The notes beneath the pieces were generated by a model. The model worked only from the letters and a program-made list of their open reading frames with translations. It did not search any database and was not told the DNA's origin. From Nitrospirota bacterium (lineage in GTDB: Bacteria > Nitrospirota > Thermodesulfovibrionia > Thermodesulfovibrionales > Dissulfurispiraceae): DNA of 64,000 nt. Both the position numbers and the translations under genes were made by a program. Where the stretch lies: the NCBI GenBank assembly GCA_963790025.1, contig CAWBMP010000004.1:1024001-1088000 (forward strand). Reading direction: 5' to 3'. Below, in pieces: positions 8,641 to 18,554 of the stretch; the stretch's first letter is position 1, and each line of letters starts with the position of its first letter.

Positions 8641-10549
8641 ACTTTTTCTCCTGCTTACTTACAAAATCATAGAGGTCCCCGCCAACCAGATTTTCTGAAC
8701 TCATCACATTCCCCCAGCGCAGCTTTGCCACATTTGCTCCACCGCCCGGAAGGTAGCTGAATCTAATGCCGTCAACCGCCGTCTTAGCTGCAAATACCTC
8801 TCCTTTACCTGCGGTGTTGAGCTTTGTCGCCATGGCCCCATCTGAGTCAGTGCCTCCCTGCGGCTTTGAAAAACTCACCCTTCCGTCTGTACCCGCCCGC
8901 ATGAGCACACTGTTCCAGGCCCCGGATTCGCTGTCCCGTACCTGGGCAACCACTCCTGTCTCTAACATTCCCTGTGGAATGCTGCTTAGCGCACCTCCTA
9001 GTTCTCCGCCGTTCACGCCTCCTTTAATATTTCCTGATACCCTTTGAGCGGAAACATAATCCGGGCTTGATGCCGATCTATCCTCTGTCACCGCAGCCAA
9101 CGCATTGCCAAAAGCTTCGCTGTTTTCTTTATTCATATCAAAGTTGCTAGCGGCGGTTGTAACAGGTGTGCCCTCAGGCGGCTGCCCTCTTCCGCCGGTA
9201 CTGGCCACCACATTACCGCCTCCCCAGCCTCCGCCGCTGAGAATGCGACCGGCTTGTGCAGCTCCAGCGCCACTACCGCCTGGACCCGGGCTTCTTACCA
9301 TTGAACGCATTTTTGCATAGGCCGGCGTTGTGAGACTACGGTAAATGCCCGATACTGCAGCGCTGACGATGCTTGACAGCCCTATATTGCGAGGCCTGTT
9401 GCCAAACAGAAGAAAGCCAGTCAGAATTGGAGATGATAAAACCACTGCAACCTTTGCCAGCATAATGAAAGTTTTCTCCAAATCAAAAAGGTTAAAACCT
9501 CCGTCATTAAGGCCGGCGATCGTAAATCCATCGACAGCAGCAATAATAACCGGGATAAAAGAGAGCCAGAGATAACCCTCAAGGTATGTAATAATAGCCT
9601 TCCATAGTCCGGGCAGCATAGCAATGCCTATAATAAACGGGTACATTACAAAATATATAATTATAAGAAGCTTAAGAAAGAATGGAAGGACCTTAGCGTA
9701 CAGAAAAGCACTGTAGAATGCTACAGGAGTAAAAATGTGCAGAAATGCGGCGAGCCCCCCGTTGCCGATTTCAGTCCATTGTTGTTTTGCCTGATCTGAG
9801 GCCGCAGATATAAACCTTTCAAACATATTGCTTTTGTCATATTTCCCAAACTTGTCCGGATCGATCCCCTGAGCCGACGCTGCCTCTTGATTTGCCTGTT
9901 TGACTGCTGACACAAGCGCGTTACCTTTTGCCGAACAGTCCGGAGGTGCACCTTGTCTGATAAAGTAATCCTGATAATAACTGTAGTTATACGTTATCTT
10001 CTGATCGGCATACTGTCCATCATTATTGCCGTATTTTGTGAAGTCTGCGCAGTTTTTATTCCAGTACTCAATGTCAGGGGCAAGCGCTGCGGTATTTTTT
10101 ACCAATTCGCTTTGGGCCTGCTGCACCTTCATGAAATATTTTTCAAACGCAAAAGGCATTTTCGAAGGCTGGAAATCATTCTGATAGACTTTTGCGCTTA
10201 TAACATCTACTGATTCTCGTCCCCACCTCATCACCTCGCCTATCACGAGCACCGAATACCTCAGCCCAACAGGTATTTGCCCCAACTGCTGATAAGGCTG
10301 GCTCTGATAATTAACGTCCATATTTGTTGTCCACCCGTATCCAAAAAATAGCCATAAGAGGAAAATCCCTAAAAAATGCTTTTTCGATTCAGCCAAAAAA
10401 GAATGAGACCCTCCGGTTTCCTTATATATGAGAACAAAGCTCACTATGGCTATCAAGGCATAAAGATATTTAAATCCGGTCGGGAGCAATTGGATCATTT
10501 CCAGTCCTATAGCCGCCCCCTGGGCAATTTGTTCGATAGCAGTGTCCAT
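8633..10549 (-). CDS. TraG/VirB6-like polytopic membrane protein with Gly-rich C-terminal tail
   Basis: Multiple TM segments flanking a periplasmic region; position in tra operon. Confidence 0.6.
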   Translation of the reverse strand: MDTAIEQIAQGAAIGLEMIQLLPTGFKYLYALIAIVSFVLIYKETGGSHSFLAESKKHFLGIFLLWLFFGYGWTTNMDVNYQSQPYQQLGQIPVGLRYSVLVIGEVMRWGRESVDVISAKVYQNDFQPSKMPFAFEKYFMKVQQAQSELVKNTAALAPDIEYWNKNCADFTKYGNNDGQYADQKITYNYSYYQDYFIRQGAPPDCSAKGNALVSAVKQANQEAASAQGIDPDKFGKYDKSNMFERFISAASDQAKQQWTEIGNGGLAAFLHIFTPVAFYSAFLYAKVLPFFLKLLIIIYFVMYPFIIGIAMLPGLWKAIITYLEGYLWLSFIPVIIAAVDGFTIAGLNDGGFNLFDLEKTFIMLAKVAVVLSSPILTGFLLFGNRPRNIGLSSIVSAAVSGIYRSLTTPAYAKMRSMVRSPGPGGSGAGAAQAGRILSGGGWGGGNVVASTGGRGQPPEGTPVTTAASNFDMNKENSEAFGNALAAVTEDRSASSPDYVSAQRVSGNIKGGVNGGELGGALSSIPQGMLETGVVAQVRDSESGAWNSVLMRAGTDGRVSFSKPQGGTDSDGAMATKLNTAGKGEVFAAKTAVDGIRFSYLPGGGANVAKLRWGNVMSSENLVGGDLYDFVSKQEKKFV

Positions 10550-11824
10550 TTATTTGTTATAGCTATTCTTTATGTCCTGGAGTATGTCTTGTTGCATCAC
10601 TTTATTCGTTGCGTCATTCCCTTTACTTCCATAGGCCGCCTCATGCTGCACTTTTGCTTTTACTACATTTTGCTGTCGTTGTTGCCAGTAGCTATTCCTC
10701 TCCATAACCTGCCTTTCCCAGTTGGAGAGGTCTCCATCATTGCCATTCGCCTGGTTTTTTAACTTTACAAGATCGTTAACTTCTTTTTCCTTTTGACCGG
10801 TCATCTGGGCTATAGGCGTTGTGAATGCATCGGGGACAGGCATTTGGGCATTCGATGCCGCTTTATTCATGATCGACGACCAACTGTAGGTACTATACAC
10901 GGTTTGAAGGAGCGAAAGCCGCTCAGCCAATTTTATTTTAAACACTGTTTGTTCGTCGGCTGGAAAGGATGCAATCATATTAATTGTTTCGGCGTGAGGG
11001 CAGATTACCCCGCCATTTCCTCCGCTGTTATTATTGCCGGCGCCGACACACAGTTTCATGTTTTTAATATCATCCTGTGTGATGTATCTCGTTCGGGCCG
11101 CATACACTGCACTGTCGACCTCAGGACCATAAAAAAGCATGTTTGCCTGATACACTTTGTCCGCAGTCATTGTTGGCGGCGTCCCTCCGCTTCCATTCGG
11201 ACACATCTTTACGTCGCCAAAAAAAGCTTTGATGGAATCCTTGCCGGTCCCGTCGGGAAGCGTAACACCCTTAAGCGACGTGTCCACGGCTGACACGCAT
11301 TCCTGAGTGCCGAACAATGAATACCACGCGTTTGAAGGTTTAGAACAAAAAACATCGTCTCCATTATTCTGTTCCATACATTTGGCGAAGGACGCCTTCC
11401 TTATGCCTGCTATATCTTTATTTTCCATATAATCCCTTGCCGTCTGGTAAGTCTTGCACTTGTCGGACAATACTGCCAGATATTTATGCGCCTCAGACAG
11501 AAGGTTAGATGAGACGCTATATTCTGTCGGGAAAAAATAGGCGATCAGCGCTGTTGAGGCAAGCCCCGGCCAGCTTTTTGCGTTGCCTGCCGCCTGTTGA
11601 GCCATCGATAACAGGTCGCTCAATTGGTTGGTTACCCCCAAATCACCGCAGCCGCCAAGCCCTGCGCTGAGACCACCGTTAATCAATCCCTGGTCAAAGG
11701 TTTCGCCGGAGCTTTGAGGCTGTACCGGTATCCCAAGCCGCGCATTTAGGTCAGGATCAATTGCAAGGCAAATGTCCGCGGCTAAGATCACTATAATCAG
11801 GGCTGCTATTACTGTCAGTTTCAT
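10550..11824 (-). CDS. TraH-like periplasmic conjugation protein
   Basis: Signal peptide, 'GGCGDLG', Cys pairs, C-terminal coiled coil; between TraF-like and TraG-like genes. Confidence 0.5.
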   Translation of the reverse strand: MKLTVIAALIIVILAADICLAIDPDLNARLGIPVQPQSSGETFDQGLINGGLSAGLGGCGDLGVTNQLSDLLSMAQQAAGNAKSWPGLASTALIAYFFPTEYSVSSNLLSEAHKYLAVLSDKCKTYQTARDYMENKDIAGIRKASFAKCMEQNNGDDVFCSKPSNAWYSLFGTQECVSAVDTSLKGVTLPDGTGKDSIKAFFGDVKMCPNGSGGTPPTMTADKVYQANMLFYGPEVDSAVYAARTRYITQDDIKNMKLCVGAGNNNSGGNGGVICPHAETINMIASFPADEQTVFKIKLAERLSLLQTVYSTYSWSSIMNKAASNAQMPVPDAFTTPIAQMTGQKEKEVNDLVKLKNQANGNDGDLSNWERQVMERNSYWQQRQQNVVKAKVQHEAAYGSKGNDATNKVMQQDILQDIKNSYNK

Positions 11825-11891
11825 TTGTTTCCTGCCGAATAAATACCGTCTGCCCCTACTCTGCTAAAAGGAGGCGACGGGGATTGCTATT

Positions 11892-12596
11892 CTACTGCGG
11901 GACGTTAAAAACCTTTGAGAGCGAGGCCCTGTCCATTGCGCCTTCATGATGACCTACAACCTCTCCGTTGTCTGACAGCAGGATGAGTGTTGGGACTGCT
12001 GTCACATTGTAGTTCTTAGCCATTTCTCCCGAATAGTCACCCACCGCTGGAATTCTCACTCCGCTATGCTCAAGATATGCCGTTGCACCTCGATCAGTGG
12101 ATTTGATCCCAATTCCCACAAGCTTTCCTGAAGACTGGTAATCGGAGAGCAACGGCGTCATTCTTGCACACACAGGACATCCCTCACTGAAAAAATATAC
12201 CGCCTTATTGAACACTACCTGCTTTGTTTCGTTTGTAGTCTTCAGCTGCGACCTTGATGACTGTGGTTGTGTTTCCGGCGCTGAAAGAATCCTGCCTACT
12301 TCCTGGACCCGGTCCATTCTTTTTTTATACCAGTCTCTGTACCGCGCCACATTTTCAGGCGAGGGATTCCTGAACACGTCGACCAGTGGCTGTGGAGGTT
12401 CATTTGCAAACTTAGGCTGCCAAACATAAGGATCGCTTGCTGCCTTATTATTATCTACAAGACTGTCTTCCTTCACGTCTTTGCACCAACCGTTGAAGTA
12501 ATTTACGCCGCAAGTGTTGTCGTCTGCCGTCGCCTTTTGTAGCGGCATGATGATAATTAACAATGCAATGTTAAGACCAATTAAAATATGCAGCAT
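11892..12596 (-). CDS. TraF/TrbB-like thioredoxin-fold conjugation protein
   Basis: 'NPSPENVARY' TraF-like motif, 'FFSEGCPVC' CxxC, 'VPTL' cis-Pro loop. Confidence 0.7.
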   Translation of the reverse strand: MLHILIGLNIALLIIIMPLQKATADDNTCGVNYFNGWCKDVKEDSLVDNNKAASDPYVWQPKFANEPPQPLVDVFRNPSPENVARYRDWYKKRMDRVQEVGRILSAPETQPQSSRSQLKTTNETKQVVFNKAVYFFSEGCPVCARMTPLLSDYQSSGKLVGIGIKSTDRGATAYLEHSGVRIPAVGDYSGEMAKNYNVTAVPTLILLSDNGEVVGHHEGAMDRASLSKVFNVPQ

Positions 12597-13429
12597 TTGA
12601 CCATGAACTGCCAGTATATGATGACAAAACGGTCGCTACAACCAGGCCTGTTCGCAAACTTCTCCTGTGACATGGATGGAGTCCCAATCGGATAACACAT
12701 TCCGGGTGTCGGGCCGCCAATCTCGTAACGGTCAATCAAGATATGCCCGCTGCTGACACCGAGGCCACTGCCAGAAGCCAGGTCCTGCGCCCGGTAGGCA
12801 TAAAGAAGGCCGGCTGTAACATTTGATGGATGGCTGGTCCATCCGCAGCGAGGGAAAAGCTGACCCCACGCCCCTACCTGTGCAAGCGCTTCGGCTAGAC
12901 CCCCGGTATCCTTGCACGTCTTCCACGTAGTGGACGCCTCCGACCTGAATATCGTTCTGCCCAGCAAGTTATTACTTCCGCTCATCATGCAGGTTTGGGC
13001 CGGATGTCCCGAAAGCATTTCGGATAAATCAGTCACGGAAAAAGCATATATATGCGCTTCACGATGTTTTGTTTGAGTGTCGTTGCCGGGTTCCCCCTGT
13101 ACCATGCTTCCCGCATTAGTGGCCATGTCACTCAGCGACTGGCCAAATGATCCATCCGGGAAAATCGTTGTCCCTGCATTGCCTGTCACCTCGATAGCGT
13201 AAATCGGCAGCCAATAACTGACCAATTTTGACACATGACCGCACGTACCTATAGTAGTAAACTGTGCGCATGGAACAACAAACGGCTTGATACTTGCCAG
13301 TACCTGGTGAAGACCGCCCGGATAGCATGTGGCAATTGTTCCGCCATCGCCGACCAGCGCAAAGGACGAAGATGCCCATAATACTACTGCCAGGATGGAA
13401 GCGATATTTTCTCTTTTAATAATATTCAC
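12581..13429 (-). CDS. traU: TraU-family protein
   Basis: Cys-rich exported protein with 'VSYWLPIYAIEV' and 'WGQLFPRCGW'. Confidence 0.7.
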   Translation of the reverse strand: MNIIKRENIASILAVVLWASSSFALVGDGGTIATCYPGGLHQVLASIKPFVVPCAQFTTIGTCGHVSKLVSYWLPIYAIEVTGNAGTTIFPDGSFGQSLSDMATNAGSMVQGEPGNDTQTKHREAHIYAFSVTDLSEMLSGHPAQTCMMSGSNNLLGRTIFRSEASTTWKTCKDTGGLAEALAQVGAWGQLFPRCGWTSHPSNVTAGLLYAYRAQDLASGSGLGVSSGHILIDRYEIGGPTPGMCYPIGTPSMSQEKFANRPGCSDRFVIIYWQFMVKCCIF

Positions 13430-13509
13430 AGCATCCCTTTCAACAGCAACTAGTCCCGGTATTTTTCGAGCTCACACATGCAATGTCCGTCTCCAGATTT
13501 TTAAGCACG

Positions 13510-14469
13510 TTATCTTAGGCCTCCTATTGGAGAAATTGGCACCTGAACTGGTTGACTTGGCACGTAGGTCATAGGCTGTCCTGCTGGAGGTTGGACCACC
13601 GATGTTATGCCTTGAGTTTTTGACGCAAACATGGACGCGGATACAGGATAGCGGTCAGGGAGTTTCATTGCGACCCTGACTTTTTTGCCGTTTTTGCCCT
13701 CCAGAAGTACACGATCATGATCTATTTGCTTTACAGTGAACTCTCCTGCTGTTTCACCTTCCATTGCGTCTACATGTTCTCCTGTTGCCGATATAAACGA
13801 GGCAATAGTATTGCCATCCACAGTATGAATGGACATCAATGTGGGAGGGACAGCGTCTTTATCAGACATGATCACCGTCTGCAGGTTCCTTTTTTCTGCA
13901 ATTTTTGAAGATATCTCCTTTTTTTGGGCCGTTACCTGATAAGGAATAATCTCTATCTCACCCGAAACTTTCTTGAGTTCACTGAGCAATTTTTTCTCCT
14001 TAACTTCCGCCTCCAGGACTTTATTTTTCTCTTCCTGTTCCTGAAGCACTGCAGAATTGTTGCCCGATAGAATATCGCGTGCAGGTAAATATACAACGCG
14101 TTTCGGTTGAACAATCTGAGGGGCCCCATTTGAAAGAGGAGAATTCGGCATATTGCTGTCGAGTTGAGTATTGGATGGCCCTGCCTTCGCTATCTGGTCT
14201 GTCTGTTGCACTCTGGCGAAAGGCAACGGGCACTGGGAAACGCTGTTTTTACCGATGGTTGAAGATTTGGGAATGCTCCCATTCTTGAGTGATTTGTAAA
14301 ATCCTGAACTGTCTGGAAGAAATCTGGCTACTCCAAAACCTGTAAGTACCATGAGAATAATGAATATAATGATCGACCGTAAATTTAAAAGCTTATGTTT
14401 CACCTGCTTGCCCGGCTGCTCTTCTTCGTGTGCAGAAAACGAGTCAGCTTTTTCCCCTTTAAGCCACAT
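13510..14469 (-). CDS. Type IVb pilus PilP-like biogenesis protein
   Basis: TM anchor, coiled coil, then 'PTLMSI...ASF...GE...VKQID' beta domain. Confidence 0.5.
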   Translation of the reverse strand: MWLKGEKADSFSAHEEEQPGKQVKHKLLNLRSIIIFIILMVLTGFGVARFLPDSSGFYKSLKNGSIPKSSTIGKNSVSQCPLPFARVQQTDQIAKAGPSNTQLDSNMPNSPLSNGAPQIVQPKRVVYLPARDILSGNNSAVLQEQEEKNKVLEAEVKEKKLLSELKKVSGEIEIIPYQVTAQKKEISSKIAEKRNLQTVIMSDKDAVPPTLMSIHTVDGNTIASFISATGEHVDAMEGETAGEFTVKQIDHDRVLLEGKNGKKVRVAMKLPDRYPVSASMFASKTQGITSVVQPPAGQPMTYVPSQPVQVPISPIGGLR

Positions 14470-14542
14470 TTTTTACCTCCCGCAAGTATTAAATGTTAGG
14501 CGTCAGCAGCATTTGCGCCTCTTCAATAAAGTCTTTGGCTAA

Positions 14543-14558
14543 ATATTACTTTTTCAAA
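14543..14558 (-). promoter_or_regulatory. Conserved backbone motif copy 2
   Basis: TTTGAAAAAGTAATAT on - strand upstream of the pilP-traU operon. Confidence 0.6.
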
Positions 14559-14679
14559 TGAGATATTCCCAATGACTTGGTGCAGGATCATTTTTTCTGT
14601 AATTCCGGCTTCTCCTGAATTTTTCAAGAACTTTAGGAAGAAAGATTTGGGATTTCGATGAGCATTGTTCTGCCGACTG

Positions 14680-14701
14680 AATTCCGGGGACACATTACTT
14701 A
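14680..14701. repeat. Left arm of perfect 22-bp inverted repeat
   Basis: AATTCCGGGGACACATTACTTA is the exact reverse complement of 15578-15599. Confidence 0.85.
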
Positions 14702-14729
14702 ACTCTTAACATGAGCAAAGTTACCAGTT

Positions 14730-15287
14730 TCAAAGGCGAGTAACTTTTTTTGAATAAATAGATTCAAGTTTAGAAAGTAGAAAATACTTTTGAGCAAGTT
14801 TCTTAACAATACCCATATCGGCCTTTTTTGCAAGCATATTAATATCGACAGCATCCTGCTCGCTTAGAGGCAATAATTTCATGAGAATCAAATATTCGGG
14901 TGTCACAACTTTGATTTTTTTGTCGAATACTTCGGCTATAACAGCATGTTTAATTGCTTCTGCAGCCAAATCAAAATCTTTTGTGCCTATAATATCCACC
15001 TGAAAGTGACCTGACATAAAAGAGAATTTTCCCTTTATAGTAATCCGCGGAGTTGCCTTATGAAGAGATATCCTTTTTTGAAATCTTGATTCAACGATAG
15101 AAATAAGGTCGGGCCATTTAATTTTTCTTGAGATAATAACTAGCAGATCAACATCCCGTGTGGTACGAGGCCTGACCCATGCCGATAACGCGAGCCCGCC
15201 GATAAGGGCATAATCCCTTATTATATCATCGTCCTTTAATGTATCGAAGATTGCGATAGCTTTTATAAAGGCATCGACAATCGACAT
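14730..15287 (-). CDS. Nucleotidyltransferase (Pol-beta fold; AbiEii/DUF6036-like)
   Basis: 'LIGGLAL...RTTRDVDL', 'VDII', 'PEYLILMKL...QDAVDI'. Confidence 0.8.
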   Translation of the reverse strand: MSIVDAFIKAIAIFDTLKDDDIIRDYALIGGLALSAWVRPRTTRDVDLLVIISRKIKWPDLISIVESRFQKRISLHKATPRITIKGKFSFMSGHFQVDIIGTKDFDLAAEAIKHAVIAEVFDKKIKVVTPEYLILMKLLPLSEQDAVDINMLAKKADMGIVKKLAQKYFLLSKLESIYSKKVTRL

Positions 15288-15400
15288 TATTTTTTCCTTG
15301 CTGCCTTCTTAACGGCGGTCTTCAGAATGATGGAGAGGTCAAGAAGTTCAAGTGCAATTTCAATGTTTTTGCCGTTAGGTCTCAAAGATTTCTTTTTCAT
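15287..15400 (-). CDS. 37-aa basic peptide coupled to the nucleotidyltransferase (putative antitoxin), not in ORF track
   Basis: MKKKSLRPNGKNIEIALELLDLSIILKTAVKKAARKK; TAATG stop/start overlap. Confidence 0.6.
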   Translation of the reverse strand: MKKKSLRPNGKNIEIALELLDLSIILKTAVKKAARKK

Positions 15401-15577
15401 AGTGGTTATTATACTTTATTTCAGAGGTCCACAGGAAAATTGAAAGACAGATACGACAATCACGTGCATCATATAGCTGTTTCGGCCTCCAAAGAGGGAC
15501 TACGGAACGTCATCGGATAAGAGCACGCTTAAGCGGATGAAGCCGCGGCCAAAACCGGTGATCAAGGATAGGAAAGA

Positions 15578-15599
15578 TAAGTAATGTGTCCCCGGAATT
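15578..15599. repeat. Right arm of perfect 22-bp inverted repeat
   Basis: TAAGTAATGTGTCCCCGGAATT. Confidence 0.85.
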
Positions 15600-15728
15600 A
15601 TCAAGACGAAATACTTCGGACAGTTTATTCCGGTTTAGTTCGGACACCGATATATGCGGTGCCATTCCGAAGCAGGAACAGTTATCTGGTAGACCCACAA
15701 ATTAGGCAATCCTACCTTATTGTCCTAC

Positions 15729-15757
15729 TTGACAATCCTCCTTATTAGTATTATCAT
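15729..15757 (+). promoter_or_regulatory. sigma70 promoter of vapBC
   Basis: TTGACA-N17-TATCAT upstream of ATG 15778. Confidence 0.6.
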
Positions 15758-15777
15758 AATATCAAGGGGGTATTTCT

Positions 15778-16008
15778 ATGAAAACATCAGTCACAATTCC
15801 TGATGAAATATTCAGGCAAGCCAAGGCTATATCCGACAATTTTAGTCAAGTAGTTTCGGATGCATTAAGGGAATATATCAGGCAAGGAAAGGTTCGGAAA
15901 GCAAAAAAGAGTTTTGGCAGCTGGAATGCCCGTGATGGAAAAAGTGTTGATATTGTAAATGAATTGCGAAAAGAGGAAGGAAGAAATTATGCAGACAGTG
16001 ATCATTGA
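15778..16008 (+). CDS. vapB: RHH-type antitoxin (VapB/CcdA-like)
   Basis: 'MKTSVTIPDEIF...VVSDALREYI' RHH pattern; overlaps PIN gene. Confidence 0.75.
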   Translation: MKTSVTIPDEIFRQAKAISDNFSQVVSDALREYIRQGKVRKAKKSFGSWNARDGKSVDIVNELRKEEGRNYADSDH

Positions 16009-16390
16009 TACCGACATCGCAATTGATTATCTGCGCGGTATTAATTATGCCAAGAACCTTATAATCCCCCTATTAGAAACTGAGAGAGCTTTTCTAAGCG
16101 TGCTTGGCGTGTATGAACTTCAGGCTGGTATGCGAGATGGAGAACAAACGAGCACAGGAGATTTGATAAATGCTTGTTGTATTGAATTGGTGACTTATGA
16201 TATTGCGATTAAGGGCGGGGAACTGTACAGGCACTTCAGGAGCAAAGGCATTACTCTGACATCCATAGACTGTCTCATCGCAGCAACTGCGGCGTTAAAG
16301 GGACACGTGATCGCAACTCGGAATACCGAGCATTATCCAGAAAAGGGACTGCTGTTGTCCGAACTAAATCAGAATGAATACCCGAACTAA
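15989..16390 (+). CDS. vapC: PIN-domain toxin
   Basis: 'IIDTDIAID', 'YEL', 'IDCLIAATA', 'TRNTEHY'; ATG 15989 with RBS. Confidence 0.88.
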   Translation: MQTVIIDTDIAIDYLRGINYAKNLIIPLLETERAFLSVLGVYELQAGMRDGEQTSTGDLINACCIELVTYDIAIKGGELYRHFRSKGITLTSIDCLIAATAALKGHVIATRNTEHYPEKGLLLSELNQNEYPN

Positions 16391-16407
16391 ATCGTATTCC
16401 TTTTTTT

Positions 16408-17583
16408 CTAATTACAGTTCACACCAGCGCCAACCGGTGCCTGTACGCATTGCGATCCCGCATATGTATAATGGTCACACGACAGGGTATTGACCGTGTC
16501 ATTCGTGTAATCGTAAAGTGCATTTGTCCCGAACGGATCTATAATGATCTGCGCCAGAAGCCTCGGGTCCGGAAAATTGCCGGGAATGACCTGTCGAAAG
16601 GGATAAGATTTGGCGTCATATCCATTCGAAGTGGCTGTGTAACTGAAGCTGCCATTTGGCTGTACAAGGTAACGGTCCGTCGTATATTGGAGAGTGTAAA
16701 TAATAGTCCCGACATTCTGATATGAATACATAAGAGGGAACTGCTGGTTGCAAGTGTTTACGGTCCTGCTGCTGGAATCAATAGTTATCCTTGCGATACA
16801 GTTGCCGCTGGTATCGCAGTCTTCCGCTATTTGAACATTCCGTGCGTAATCGACGATTGCATATGAAGCAGTATAATTGGTAAATTCGGGGACTACGACT
16901 TCGCTGATCAACGACTGAAGCCCCTGGTCTGGATTTACGACGGGCTGATTACTGGTAGACTGCGGAGGATCGTACCTCCCATGCGTTTCAACAGTAGTGC
17001 TGCTTATAAGATTCAGGCTCTGGTCGAGGATGTTCTTGTAAAGTATTCCTCCGTCGGGATATTCCGATGCTAACCCGGGGGGAAGATCCGGTGCAGCAAG
17101 TGGATGATAAACATAGTATAGGATTCGAGGGTTCACTGATATGACCCTCATTCCCATGTTCCGGACCCGCCCATCCGGATAAATAAGAAGTGGCAGGTAA
17201 ACAGCCTTCGGTGTGCCCTTATCAGCATCATCAATGAAATTATAGTACCAATCCAGCCGACAGTAATCATATCCGCTGCCGGCAAGATACGATACGACGC
17301 TTGCCACGTATCCATCAGGCACCAGCCCGGCAAAGGCACTAAGCGCATCAGAAGCCGACGCGAAATCGCCTTGCGAAATGCCTCCGTTACCCAGTGCATA
17401 GGCAGGCTCTACTTTCGCGTCGAATGCATCTGAGCGCTTCCATGTAACATTATTTTCTCCGGCACCGTGCCCTTCGGTAATAAACAGTATATTTTGTACT
17501 GGCACAGAGGTTATCCCGCAAAATGCCGGGGTGCCGGCAAACGTTGTGATCACCCAAAAAAACGTTATTAGCCAAAGTTTCAT
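16408..17583 (-). CDS. Exported hypothetical protein (Tyr/Asn/Cys-rich; candidate pilus adhesin)
   Basis: Signal peptide; last gene after pilin-like genes. Confidence 0.55.
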   Translation of the reverse strand: MKLWLITFFWVITTFAGTPAFCGITSVPVQNILFITEGHGAGENNVTWKRSDAFDAKVEPAYALGNGGISQGDFASASDALSAFAGLVPDGYVASVVSYLAGSGYDYCRLDWYYNFIDDADKGTPKAVYLPLLIYPDGRVRNMGMRVISVNPRILYYVYHPLAAPDLPPGLASEYPDGGILYKNILDQSLNLISSTTVETHGRYDPPQSTSNQPVVNPDQGLQSLISEVVVPEFTNYTASYAIVDYARNVQIAEDCDTSGNCIARITIDSSSRTVNTCNQQFPLMYSYQNVGTIIYTLQYTTDRYLVQPNGSFSYTATSNGYDAKSYPFRQVIPGNFPDPRLLAQIIIDPFGTNALYDYTNDTVNTLSCDHYTYAGSQCVQAPVGAGVNCN

Positions 17584-17584
17584 C

Positions 17585-18544
17585 TCAGTATAACCCTGTA
17601 GCTGTTACCGTCAGGAATACGCCTGGGGACCATGGCAATTCCGCGTTTAGGACCGCCGTATACGGAATTGTCATCCCGGTAGTATCCGGGTTTCTTGAAG
17701 CAGCAGAGGAGTTGTCAAGCAACATCTCCCTACCCCACGCAGTAGTCACGGCATCGGTGTTCAACCCGAGCGCGGACTTGAGTCCCGTAGCTGTCACAGT
17801 TTGAGCTCCTGTACAAGTAGAATTGGAAACCCCCGATGCGCCGTCCCATGCCTGGTCCTGAGCGCATGAACTGCTCTGGTTTGCAAACCGGTCTATATAG
17901 ATGTTTTTCTGAACGTCGTTAAGGTAAAGCTGCGTAAAATAGTTTTGATAAGAATCGCGGACAATATACATCTTTTGGAGTGTGTTTTGAACATTGCTTA
18001 CCTCATACTGCCAGCCGTTTACAATGACGCCAATATCATCACCGAGCAAATTCAGCGTCCCTGTAGTTTGATCGGACGTACTTTCCATAGTGCCGTTCCA
18101 GCCGGAAGACACCAGAGCAATTACATGATAACTCACCCCCGAAGTGCTGTCCTGCAGAAGATTCGATACAAACACCATCAGGGGATTATGCATCGAATCG
18201 GTGGCAATAGCTGAGGATGCAAGGCTCGAATTTGACGCTATGGCCCGCAGCGCTGAAAGATTGCCGGCATCAGTCGCAAGCCCATTACTGAGCGCGTATG
18301 GAGTGCCATTAATCGCGAATACGAACGTATTGGAGTTCTGCGAATCCACAGACCACGCATTGGACTGGTATGCAGTCTGCAACGCTGCCCGGAGATCGGC
18401 AAGGTTTTTCTTGACCTCGGTTTCCCTTTGCCACCGCACCAAATATATCCAACCGCCCATGGACATCACGGTTATAGTCATTATGATGCCAAGCACGATT
18501 GCAAGTTCAGCTAGAGTAAAACCACTATTATTAAAGCTCTTCAA
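17585..18544 (-). CDS. Large prepilin-type protein (minor pilin)
   Basis: Class III signal MKSFNNSG|FTLAE plus hydrophobic helix. Confidence 0.8.
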   Translation of the reverse strand: MKSFNNSGFTLAELAIVLGIIMTITVMSMGGWIYLVRWQRETEVKKNLADLRAALQTAYQSNAWSVDSQNSNTFVFAINGTPYALSNGLATDAGNLSALRAIASNSSLASSAIATDSMHNPLMVFVSNLLQDSTSGVSYHVIALVSSGWNGTMESTSDQTTGTLNLLGDDIGVIVNGWQYEVSNVQNTLQKMYIVRDSYQNYFTQLYLNDVQKNIYIDRFANQSSSCAQDQAWDGASGVSNSTCTGAQTVTATGLKSALGLNTDAVTTAWGREMLLDNSSAASRNPDTTGMTIPYTAVLNAELPWSPGVFLTVTATGLY

Positions 18545-18554
18545 GTGGACGTTC

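Larger units (their letters stand above)
15608..16400. mobile_element. Non-autonomous cassette with IS21-like repeated ends carrying vapBC
   Basis: TTTAGTTCGGACA (15634-15646) is inverted at 16356-16368 (19/22 on extension); both ends have internal repeats at 23-24 bp spacing. Confidence 0.5.
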
